64,000 nucleotides of DNA from an uncultured Gammaproteobacteria bacterium (GTDB lineage: Bacteria > Patescibacteriota > Microgenomatia > UBA1406 > GWC2-37-13). Both the position numbers and the translations under genes were made by a program. Below the pieces are notes generated by a model. It saw only the letters and a program-made list of their open reading frames with translations, was not told the DNA's origin and made no database searches. Shown here piece after piece: positions 57,166-64,000 of this stretch; within the stretch, counting starts at the first letter, position 1; each line of letters starts with the position of its first letter. The stretch is from the NCBI GenBank assembly GCA_964561915.1, contig CAZLQR010000005.1:49263-113262 (forward strand). The letters are read 5' to 3'.

Positions 57166-57915
57166 TCAAGAAAGCTTTTTACCTTTTTGCCAATCAACGC
57201 ATGATAAAAACGGTTCGAATAAATCCTCTTCCGGAGAGATAATTACTTCCTGTATCTCTTGCTGAGTGGGATTTTTATCACTGAAGTCGACAAACGACAC
57301 TTCTGAGATAATACAGATCGGAGTGCTCTCCGAACCTTCGCCCATGGTAACAACTGCGGCAGCTGCAAGACCACCTGCAATATTTGCCTGTGTAACATTC
57401 AGATGCCTATCGAATAAATCTTTTGTACCCACATAATCTTTGAGTGGAGAAAACCCGCTGTATGCGAGAAATATACCGCTTGTTCCTCTTCGTAGCGGCT
57501 GACAGGTGCTGTCAGTAATAATGACGCCAACGTGTTTACACTTATAATTCTTACACAAGAACTCACGTATTTGATTCGCTGTCTTTTGAGCGTCGCAAGG
57601 CCACAAAATATAATAACCGTTTCCGTTTGATTCGTCGATTCCTGCAACTGGAATAAGTGTGTTATTGGTGATAGTAAAACTGAATCCATATTTGCTGATT
57701 TCTTTTGGAAGAAATAAATCGGCTTCTTTTCGAATAAGAGATTTTTTGTCTATCGAGTCAATTGGCACCACACTACCTTCGCAAATAGAAACTACCTTTG
57801 AGGTTATTACCACAATCGATTTTTCTGCAAGCTTTAGAATTGCTTTATCGAGAAGTTCGTAAATAGACGTAGTGTTAGGAGTAATCGCATGTGTTTTTAC
57901 CGGTGTGACTTTCAT
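57166..57915 (-). CDS. F420-0:gamma-glutamyl ligase (CofE)-like family protein
   Basis: VVITSKVVSICEG, AGIDESN, VGVIITDSTCQPLRRGTSGIFLAYSG, GGLAAAAVVTMGEGSE follow the PF01996 pattern. Confidence 0.65.
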   Translation of the reverse strand: MKVTPVKTHAITPNTTSIYELLDKAILKLAEKSIVVITSKVVSICEGSVVPIDSIDKKSLIRKEADLFLPKEISKYGFSFTITNNTLIPVAGIDESNGNGYYILWPCDAQKTANQIREFLCKNYKCKHVGVIITDSTCQPLRRGTSGIFLAYSGFSPLKDYVGTKDLFDRHLNVTQANIAGGLAAAAVVTMGEGSESTPICIISEVSFVDFSDKNPTQQEIQEVIISPEEDLFEPFLSCVDWQKGKKLS

Positions 57916-57929
57916 GGTAATGAACCGTG

Positions 57930-58003
57930 TCGGGGAGGCGGGACTTGAACCCGCGACCTCACGACCCCCAGCCGTGCATTCTAGCCAACTGAACTACTCC
58001 CCG
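57930..58003 (-). tRNA. tRNA-Pro (anticodon GGG)
   Basis: Manual cloverleaf: acceptor CGGGGAG/CTCCCCG, anticodon arm CACGG-CTGGGGG-TCGTG, T-loop TTCAAGT, discriminator A. CCA is not encoded. Confidence 0.9.
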
Positions 58004-58076
58004 TGAGATAGCTGTATTGTAGCATAACCATCTGTTATTGACCGCCCGATTGGTGTATAGTAGGTAACACTTCTTT

Positions 58077-59681
58077 ATGAATAAGTTGCCCCTGATTGAG
58101 AAAGCCGGATCGCAGGATATGTTCCGCCGCGCGCGGTGGAGCCATCATTCTATCGCCGTGTTCGCTCTTCTCATCTTGTTTCTTGTATTCTTCGTCACTG
58201 CACTGGTACGGCTGTTCCAGATCACAATCGTCAAAGGAGAATATTATTATCGATTGTCGGATGAGAATAGGATACGAGAGATTGTCATAGAGCCCCGGAG
58301 AGGTGATATCCTTGACCGAAACGGTGCCATAATCGCGACGTCCGAAGAGCCGATAGAGGTGAAAGAAAAGAAGCGGATTGCGTCGCGGCGTGTATACGCC
58401 GCGCCGGAAGCGACTGCCCATCTGGTCGGGTACCGCCAGACGGCAGACGCCCACGACCTGGACAATGATGCATGCCTTGACAAGCTCGTACTCGGAGACA
58501 AGACCGGCAAGAAAGGTGTGGAGAAAATTGCCGAATGCACATTGCGCGGTACGAAGGGGAAGAAGCTCATAGAGCTTGATGCCCACGGCAATGAATTGGA
58601 GACGCTCACCGTGATGCCGCCGGTAGACGGGCGTGCGGTGCAATTGAGCACGGATCTGGCAGTCCAGAAGAAGGCATTCGAATTGCTCAAGGACCAAAAG
58701 GGTGCGATTATCGCCTCCGTACCACAAACGGGGGAGATAATCGCACTGGCAAGCAATCCCGCTTTCGATCCGCAGGTTTTCGAGGACGGTGACAATAAAT
58801 CCACGCAAGAATATTTGACGCGGGATGACCATCCGCTCTTCAACCGTTCCAGCGAAGGGACGTATCCACCCGGATCATTGTTCAAACTCATTATTGCGAC
58901 CGGAGCGCTGGAAGACAAAACGATGGACGAGGAGACCGAGATCGAAGACACGGGCGAGATACAGGCTGGCCCCGTCACGTTCGGCAACTGGTATTACATT
59001 CAGTACGGCAGGAAAGACGAAGATGTAAACATCGTACAGGCGCTCCGTCGTTCAAACGATATCTATTTTTACAAAACCGGGGAAAAAATGGGCGTGGATG
59101 CGATCCGCCGGTGGGCGGATCGCTTCGGACTGGGCAGACCAAACGGATCGGATTTGGAACAAGCTGCCGGGACGATCCCTTCTCCATACTGGAAAGAGGA
59201 CCGTCTCGGCGAGAAGTGGTATCTCGGAGATACCTACAATCTCTCAATCGGTCAGGGGTATCTGCTTACGACGCCGCTGCAGATGCATCTGGCAGCAGCG
59301 GCGGTGACCAACGGCGGTGCGCTCTGCGCACCGCAACTTTTCAAAGACGGCAAAGCCCGATGTGCTTCGTTGCAGATATCCGCCGACACGATCGCCATCA
59401 TCAAAAAGGGTATGAAAGCCGCCTGCGAAACAGGCGGCACCGCCTGGCCGTTTTTTGATTTCACTGCGAAGGGCAAACGGATGGCCGTGGGATGCAAGAC
59501 GGGAACAGCCGAATCCCACGGCCCCACCCACGTCGCTCCTCACGCCTGGTTCACGGTGTTTGCACCGTTTGACAACCCGCAAATACAGATCACGGTCCTT
59601 GTCGAGAACGGCGGCCAGGGCAGCGATGTCGCCTCTCCCCTGGCCAAAGAACTCCTTGCCAGCTACTTGGGCGGCAAATGA
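58077..59681 (+). CDS. Class B penicillin-binding protein (PBP2/FtsI-type transpeptidase)
   Basis: N-terminal TM helix, PBP dimerisation domain, SxxK (SLFK), SxN (SND), KTG (KTGTA). Confidence 0.9.
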   Translation: MNKLPLIEKAGSQDMFRRARWSHHSIAVFALLILFLVFFVTALVRLFQITIVKGEYYYRLSDENRIREIVIEPRRGDILDRNGAIIATSEEPIEVKEKKRIASRRVYAAPEATAHLVGYRQTADAHDLDNDACLDKLVLGDKTGKKGVEKIAECTLRGTKGKKLIELDAHGNELETLTVMPPVDGRAVQLSTDLAVQKKAFELLKDQKGAIIASVPQTGEIIALASNPAFDPQVFEDGDNKSTQEYLTRDDHPLFNRSSEGTYPPGSLFKLIIATGALEDKTMDEETEIEDTGEIQAGPVTFGNWYYIQYGRKDEDVNIVQALRRSNDIYFYKTGEKMGVDAIRRWADRFGLGRPNGSDLEQAAGTIPSPYWKEDRLGEKWYLGDTYNLSIGQGYLLTTPLQMHLAAAAVTNGGALCAPQLFKDGKARCASLQISADTIAIIKKGMKAACETGGTAWPFFDFTAKGKRMAVGCKTGTAESHGPTHVAPHAWFTVFAPFDNPQIQITVLVENGGQGSDVASPLAKELLASYLGGK

Positions 59682-59721
59682 CATGCCTTTGCGGTAAAAT
59701 ATACTCTTGACCCGCTGACCC

Positions 59722-59779
59722 GCCCGAATAGTTCAGTGGTAAAACACCCCGCCGGTGGCGGGGAGGCACGGGTTCGATT
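59722..59779 (+). pseudogene. 5' portion (positions 1 to T-loop) of a tRNA-like gene, truncated
   Basis: GCCCGAA-TA-GTTCAGTGGTAAAAC-A-CCCCG-CCGGTGG-CGGGG-AGGC-ACGGG-TTCGATT, then unrelated sequence. It lacks the 3' T-stem and acceptor strand. Confidence 0.7.
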
Positions 59780-59787
59780 ATCAGAAT

Positions 59788-60039
59788 ATGCATTACGTAT
59801 ACATTATCCGGTCTGTATTAAACGGACATTTTTACACCGGATCAACTTCTGAGATTAACCGCAGAATGGTCGAACACAACAGCAATAACACTAAGTCGCT
59901 CAAAAACAAAGGCCCATTTGTGCTTGTCTATTCCGAATCGTACGAAAATAAACTGCAAGCGCATCGAAGAGAACAGACGATTAAATCATATAAAGGGGGG
60001 AATGCGTTCAAGCGACTTATCGGATTACAAATAAACTAA
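59788..60039 (+). CDS. Small GIY-YIG nuclease-domain protein (UPF0213/YhbQ-like)
   Basis: MHYVYIIRS..GHFYTGSTSEINRRMVEHN ... RREQTIKSYKGGNAFKRL carries the GIY..YIG, Arg and Glu core. The ATG is 8 nt after the tRNA break point. Confidence 0.8.
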   Translation: MHYVYIIRSVLNGHFYTGSTSEINRRMVEHNSNNTKSLKNKGPFVLVYSESYENKLQAHRREQTIKSYKGGNAFKRLIGLQIN

Positions 60040-60075
60040 AATAGAACGTATTTGTCAAAATAGTAGCGACAGAAT

Positions 60076-60146
60076 GCCCGGATAGTTCAGTGGTAAAACA
60101 AGCCCTTGGTAAGGGCTAGGCACGGGTTCGATTCCCGTTCCGGGCT
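60076..60146 (+). tRNA. tRNA-Thr (anticodon GGU)
   Basis: Manual cloverleaf: acceptor GCCCGGA/TCCGGGC, anticodon arm AGCCC-TTGGTAA-GGGCT, 4-nt variable loop, T-arm ACGGG-TTCGATT-CCCGT, discriminator T. Confidence 0.85.
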
Positions 60147-60168
60147 CACCGTCAGAAGTCACGTTACA

Positions 60169-60224
60169 TGGTAAAACACCCCGCCGGTGGCGGGGAGGCA
60201 CGGGTTCGATTCCCGTTCCGGGCT
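60169..60224 (+). pseudogene. 3' portion (D-loop to 3' end) of the same tRNA-like gene
   Basis: 60169-60211 is identical over 43 nt to 59737-59779. It continues with CCCGT-TCCGGGC-T (T-stem and acceptor 3' strand). No 5' acceptor strand lies upstream. Confidence 0.7.
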
Positions 60225-60236
60225 CATATCAACTGC

Positions 60237-60283
60237 TTGACTTTCTCCCCCGGGATGCTATACTGATGTTCGGATATCCGAAC
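60237..60283 (+). promoter_or_regulatory. mntR-mntH promoter with palindromic operator candidate
   Basis: TTGACT (60237-42), 16 nt, TATACT (60259-64). A perfect 16-bp palindrome GTTCGGAT/ATCCGAAC (60268-60283) lies between the -10 and the ATG at 60288. Confidence 0.55.
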
Positions 60284-60287
60284 CTTT

Positions 60288-60701
60288 ATGTCACCTCCCG
60301 ACTCGCTTACTCATACGCAGGAAGATTATCTCCGCGCAATTTACGTTTTGTATGAAAAGTCCGGAGGAGGAGTCAAATCGATCGACATCGCGAAGTATCT
60401 TAATTTGAACAGATCGTCGGTATCGGAACTCCTCCTCGAACTTCAAAATCGCACACTGATCAGTCATCAACGGTACGGAGGCGTTCAATTGACCCGCAGT
60501 GGTAAATCGCATGCGAAACGGCTCGTATTCAAGCACCGGCTCATCGAGGTCTTCCTCCACCAAACTCTCGGAAGACCAATTTCAAAAATTCACGAAGAAG
60601 CCCACAGGCTTGAACACGCATTCAGCGACGAGTCGATACGAGCATTATTTGTATATCTTGGCAAACCCCGGCTTGATCCCCACGGCAAACCGCTCAAATA
60701 A
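60288..60701 (+). CDS. mntR: DtxR/MntR-family metal-dependent repressor
   Basis: QEDYLRAIYVL, wHTH IAKYLNLNRSSVSELLLEL, metal-site helix HRLIEVFL ... EAHRLEH. Confidence 0.85.
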   Translation: MSPPDSLTHTQEDYLRAIYVLYEKSGGGVKSIDIAKYLNLNRSSVSELLLELQNRTLISHQRYGGVQLTRSGKSHAKRLVFKHRLIEVFLHQTLGRPISKIHEEAHRLEHAFSDESIRALFVYLGKPRLDPHGKPLK

Positions 60702-60706
60702 TCCTT

Positions 60707-62047
60707 ATGACACACGAACATTTTTTCGAATCCCTCGGTTGGAAACAGGAGAAGAAAGGCAAAAGCCTCGAAGAGGTGCACCGCTCGATACCGATTCCGA
60801 AAACTTTCTCATTCTGGCGCAAACTCCTGGCATTCGCCGGACCGGGTTTTCTTGTCGCTGTCGGATATATGGATCCGGGGAACTGGGCGACAGACCTGGC
60901 CGGCGGATCCCGATTCGGATATACACTTCTCTCAGTGATATTCCTGTCGAATCTCATGGCGATGCTCCTGCAGCATCTCTCGCTCAAGCTGGGGATCGTG
61001 ACGGGACGCGACTTGGCACAGGCGTGCCGAGACAACTACCACAAACCTGTCGCATTCATACTCTGGGTATTTGCGGAGATTGCGATTGCGGCATGCGACC
61101 TCGCAGAGGTCATCGGATCCGCAATCGCCCTCAATCTCCTGTTCGGGATTCCGCTCATCGTCGGTATTCTGATCACGGTACTTGATGTACTGCTCCTGCT
61201 CCTGCTGCAACACAAGGGATTCCGGTACCTGGAGGCGCTTGTCGTCACGCTTATTGTGACCATCATCGGGTGCTTCGGTTTGGAGATCTGGCTCTCACAG
61301 CCGGAGATCGTAGCACTCCTGAAGGGCCTCATCCCGTCTCCGGAGCTGGTCACTAACGGCGATATGCTCTACATCGCCGCAGGTATCCTCGGAGCGACGG
61401 TCATGCCGCACAATCTTTACCTGCATTCCGCCATCATCCAGACACGGGACTATGAAGAGACCGTGCCGGGCAAACGCGAAGCGATCAAGTTCGCGACCAT
61501 TGACTCGACATTCGCACTCTTCCTCGCATTCTTCGTCAATGCTGCTATCCTCGTCACCGCCGCTGCCGTATTTCACTTCAACGGCGTCGGCGAAGTCGCG
61601 GAGATCGAAGATGCATACAAGCTCCTCTCACCGCTTCTGGGTACGACGTTGGCAAGCACCGTATTTGCTCTGGCTCTACTCGCGTCCGGCCAAAACTCCA
61701 CCATTACTGGGACGCTCGCCGGACAAATCATCATGGAAGGGTTCATCAATATCCGACTCCGCCCATGGCTGCGCAGACTCATCACGCGCCTTATCGCGAT
61801 CGTGCCCGCCGTCATAGTCGTATACCTGTTTGGCAATTCCGGACTCAATCAGCTTCTCATCCTGAGCCAGGTCATCTTGAGTATGCAGCTCTCATTTGCC
61901 GTATTCCCGCTCGTGAACTTCACGAGCGATACGAAGAAGATGGGGCCGTTCATCAATCCTCCCTGGATGAAAATGACAGCTTATGGCATCGCGTTCATCA
62001 TCGCCGCCCTCAATGTCTGGCTCGTCGTGAACACATTCCTCGGGTGA
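60707..62047 (+). CDS. mntH: NRAMP-family divalent metal (Mn2+/Fe2+) transporter
   Basis: GPGFLVAVGYMDPGNWATDL and ATVMPHNLYLHS signatures, 11 TM helices. Confidence 0.92.
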   Translation: MTHEHFFESLGWKQEKKGKSLEEVHRSIPIPKTFSFWRKLLAFAGPGFLVAVGYMDPGNWATDLAGGSRFGYTLLSVIFLSNLMAMLLQHLSLKLGIVTGRDLAQACRDNYHKPVAFILWVFAEIAIAACDLAEVIGSAIALNLLFGIPLIVGILITVLDVLLLLLLQHKGFRYLEALVVTLIVTIIGCFGLEIWLSQPEIVALLKGLIPSPELVTNGDMLYIAAGILGATVMPHNLYLHSAIIQTRDYEETVPGKREAIKFATIDSTFALFLAFFVNAAILVTAAAVFHFNGVGEVAEIEDAYKLLSPLLGTTLASTVFALALLASGQNSTITGTLAGQIIMEGFINIRLRPWLRRLITRLIAIVPAVIVVYLFGNSGLNQLLILSQVILSMQLSFAVFPLVNFTSDTKKMGPFINPPWMKMTAYGIAFIIAALNVWLVVNTFLG

Positions 62048-62070
62048 CTTCTTTCGGGTACAATACCGGT

Positions 62071-63204
62071 ATGGTTCCGGTCGCATTCGCTGTAGTATTC
62101 TGGAAAGTCGCGGGTACATTTGCCGCCGCGTTGGCGCCACGTGTCCTGCCCTATCTCGGACACTTCTCGCACCCCAAAACTCTCACGCAATTTTCGTTCC
62201 CTCAGTGGATCGAGTCCTTCGCCAACTTCGACGGGATTTTTTACCTCCGCATTGCACACGACGGATATTCGCAGTATGAACAAGCTTTTTTCCCGCTCGT
62301 TCCGCTTCTCATCCGGGCGGCCGCACCGGTCTTCGGCGGCAATCTCCTCATTGCGGGACTCACACTCTCGTTTGTGTCATTCCTCACCGGAGCATATTAC
62401 TTGGTCCAACTGCTCCGTCTGCACGGCGTCAGGAATCCGATGACGATACTTGCGCTTTTACTGGTGTTCCCGACATCGTTTTTCTTCCACTCGCTCTATA
62501 CCGAGAGTCTGTTTTTCCTGCTTGCCGTCTTGACGTTTTATTTTCATCACAAAGGGTGGAAGAAGTATGCTGCTCTCACTGCCTCACTTGCCTCCGCAAC
62601 GCGGCTCGTGGGTGTATTCCTCGCAATCCCTTTTGTGGTAGATGCATTCAGGGCATTGAAGATGGAAAAAAGGGAAGTCAAATCCGCGATCCAAGCCCTC
62701 TTTGGGGCTTTGTTGAGCTCTGGCGGACTCATGATATATATGGTGTACCTCTGGCATACGACAGGCAATCCGCTCGCATTCGCGGATGCCCAGACGGCAT
62801 TCGGAGCGGGACGGTCCACATCGTTCGTCCCGCTCCCTCAGGTGTATTACCGGTACGGGAAAATCCTCCTGTCAAACGGAGCGAATTTCGCAACCGCGAT
62901 TTCTCTTCTTGAAGTGACGATTTTCTCGCTGGTATTCTTCACGATTCTGTACGACCTGTGGAAGAAGAGAAGTCAAGCCAACCCGTTCCTATCGCTCCAC
63001 CTATTTTCGCTCGCAAATATCCTGTTTCCGACTATCAGCGGCACGTTCCTGTCAATTCCACGATTCGCGCTCCTATCACTCTCGTTTTTCGTCATCCTGG
63101 GGAGTGTGAGGCGGCGGGTGCTATTGTGGGCACCCGCCGCCCTCTTCGCCATCCTCCACATTACCCTGCTCATGTATTTCGTCCAGGGTTACTTCGTCGC
63201 ATGA
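62071..63204 (+). CDS. PIG-V-like (GT-C) membrane mannosyltransferase-family protein
   Basis: Start at MVPVAFAVVF. The tracked ORF's upstream 102 codons overlap mntH out of frame. FANFDGIFYLRIAHDGYSQYEQAFFPLVPLLIR motif. Polytopic. Confidence 0.55.
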   Translation: MVPVAFAVVFWKVAGTFAAALAPRVLPYLGHFSHPKTLTQFSFPQWIESFANFDGIFYLRIAHDGYSQYEQAFFPLVPLLIRAAAPVFGGNLLIAGLTLSFVSFLTGAYYLVQLLRLHGVRNPMTILALLLVFPTSFFFHSLYTESLFFLLAVLTFYFHHKGWKKYAALTASLASATRLVGVFLAIPFVVDAFRALKMEKREVKSAIQALFGALLSSGGLMIYMVYLWHTTGNPLAFADAQTAFGAGRSTSFVPLPQVYYRYGKILLSNGANFATAISLLEVTIFSLVFFTILYDLWKKRSQANPFLSLHLFSLANILFPTISGTFLSIPRFALLSLSFFVILGSVRRRVLLWAPAALFAILHITLLMYFVQGYFVA

Positions 63205-63205
63205 A

Positions 63206-63739
63206 TTAACGCGTCGGGTCAATCAGTATCCAATTGTGAGATACATCTGATTCCGAACAGATATTGCGGTTGAAGCAGCAGGGTCTTCTCGTCCCTTTCT
63301 TGAGCTTATCGAGGGCGACTTCGATTCTTCGTTTGCGTGTTTCGGCATTCTTCGTGGATCTGATCCATCGGATCCAGTCCCATCGTGCATTCGGAGTCAC
63401 GTTTCTCCACATCGTGAACGCCTGCGGAGTTTGTCTCAGTTTTTCTCTCAAGTCAGCCGGCACTTCGGGCTCAATCCAATCATCCGTCGGCTCAATGACG
63501 ACCGTAACACTGTTTCCGGCATTCGCGCCTGTATTTTTCTGCATCGCACTGTCAATCCTGAACCAGTGGCTCCCTTTGCCGTCCGGCTCCAGTGTCGTCC
63601 TGAATCGGTGTCCATTGAGAGTACCCGTGACCATCGTCAATCCCCGTGAAGGCAGCTTCGCGCTTGCATCCTTGGGAATCCTCAAAACAAACCATGAACC
63701 GATCTTGGACGGTGTACCTTCGAATGTGATTTGCGCCAT
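63206..63739 (-). CDS. DUF1905 + YdeI/OmpD-associated family protein
   Basis: The N-terminus FVLRIPKDASAKLPSRGLTMVTGTLNGHRFRTTLEPDGKGSHW is DUF1905-like. The C-terminal part resembles YdeI (TPNARWDWIRWI). Confidence 0.7.
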   Translation of the reverse strand: MAQITFEGTPSKIGSWFVLRIPKDASAKLPSRGLTMVTGTLNGHRFRTTLEPDGKGSHWFRIDSAMQKNTGANAGNSVTVVIEPTDDWIEPEVPADLREKLRQTPQAFTMWRNVTPNARWDWIRWIRSTKNAETRKRRIEVALDKLKKGTRRPCCFNRNICSESDVSHNWILIDPTR

Positions 63740-63761
63740 GACTTGATGAGAAAAAATCGGG

Positions 63762-63834
63762 GGTGACTGACGGGATTTGAACCCGCAACATTCGCCTCCA
63801 CAGGGCGACGCTCTACCGTTGAGCTACAGTCACC
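63762..63834 (-). tRNA. tRNA-His (anticodon GUG) with encoded G-1
   Basis: Manual cloverleaf: G-1 + GTGACTG/CAGTCAC + discriminator C, anticodon arm TCGCC-CTGTGGA-GGCGA, T-loop TTCAAAT. Confidence 0.9.
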
Positions 63835-63865
63835 AGTTGTGCTATATTTTATCACACATACGACT

Positions 63866-64000
63866 ATGAAGCTCTTCAGGAAACTGTTCGTCCCGGTCCT
63901 CATCGTTGTCGGATTGTATTACGCCTATACGGAGTTCGGGTCGTCGATCCTCAACGATTTCTCTCCCCAGGCGCGCAAGTCCACGGACAATGTCCTGGGA
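63866..64000 (+). CDS. 5' end of a membrane-anchored protein, truncated by window end
   Basis: ATG at 63866. MKLFRKLFVPVLIVVGLYYAYTEF.. is open to the last base. Not in the ORF track because no stop lies within the window. Confidence 0.4.
   Translation, partial: MKLFRKLFVPVLIVVGLYYAYTEFGSSILNDFSPQARKSTDNVLG

Noticed and set aside
58035-58987. Two long minus-strand ORFs (265 and 246 aa) opposite the PBP2 gene
   Set aside because: PBP2 carries SxxK/SxN/KTG in the correct order on the plus strand. The antisense ORFs overlap each other and are compositionally odd.
59780-60168. Group I intron (with GIY-YIG homing endonuclease) interrupting a tRNA
   Set aside because: - The break is in the T-loop, not the anticodon loop.
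- The intervening DNA contains a complete independent tRNA.
- 43 nt of 'exon' are duplicated rather than contiguous.
- I saw no P-helix-like intron core.
61765-62070. Upstream 102 codons of ORF 61765..63204 overlapping mntH
   Set aside because: They are out of frame within the well-supported mntH gene. The hydrophobic PIG-V-like protein starts naturally at ATG 62071, 24 nt after the mntH stop.

Overview
Gene-dense 64-kb bacterial window. About 70 CDS, 3 intact tRNAs, many 4-nt ATGA start/stop overlaps, few Shine-Dalgarno sites. The gene content suggests a Candidate Phyla Radiation/Patescibacteria-type genome (inference only): ComEC + DprA, Gram-positive-style type IV pilus genes, a PaaX-like regulator, O-antigen-ligase/TPR and DUF2723 membrane proteins. 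No rRNA, CRISPR array, transposase or integrase catalytic domain was seen.

Layout:
- 1-2.3 kb: comEC split into two ORFs, PaaX-like regulator.
- 2.3-9.8 kb: very AT-rich 640-bp spacer, then a 1262-aa surface protein, Wzy/TPR and LysM-M23.
- 9.8-14.5 kb: gdhA-trxB-CsoR-family operon, a 370-bp non-coding gap, rho.
- 14.5-17.4 kb: orphan genes (PLD-like, HExxH protein).
- 17.4-22.7 kb: dTMP/dNTP cluster (thyA-nudix-folA, dcd, two HD hydrolases) with a vapBC pair inside.
- 22.7-35 kb: housekeeping genes (GT4, tatD, tgt, VIT1, fmt, rpiB, rnhA, dprA) plus an 840-aa PP-loop/MurD fusion.
- 35-41.6 kb: glycosylation cluster.
- 41.6-48 kb: pilin operon translationally coupled to a GAF histidine kinase.
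- 48.4-53.9 kb: visibly AT-richer cassette bracketed by two paralogous membrane modules.
- 54-57.1 kb: CheY-like receiver, pilC, pilB.
- 57.2-64 kb: CofE-like, tRNA-Pro, PBP2, a rearranged tRNA locus with a GIY-YIG ORF, mntR-mntH, PIG-V-like GT, ydeI-like, tRNA-His.

Most interesting observations:
- A 432-bp GIY-YIG + tRNA-Thr unit flanked by exact 43-nt direct repeats that split a tRNA-like gene.
- A candidate MurL-like/MurD fusion.
- An integrase-SAM-like domain fused to a membrane-anchored tail-fibre-like protein.
- A shared polytopic sensor-like module, once standalone upstream of a soluble kinase and pilins, once fused to an HTH.
- A minor pilin fused to an LVIVD-type beta-propeller.

All functional calls rest on motif recognition by eye. 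No searches or computations were run.
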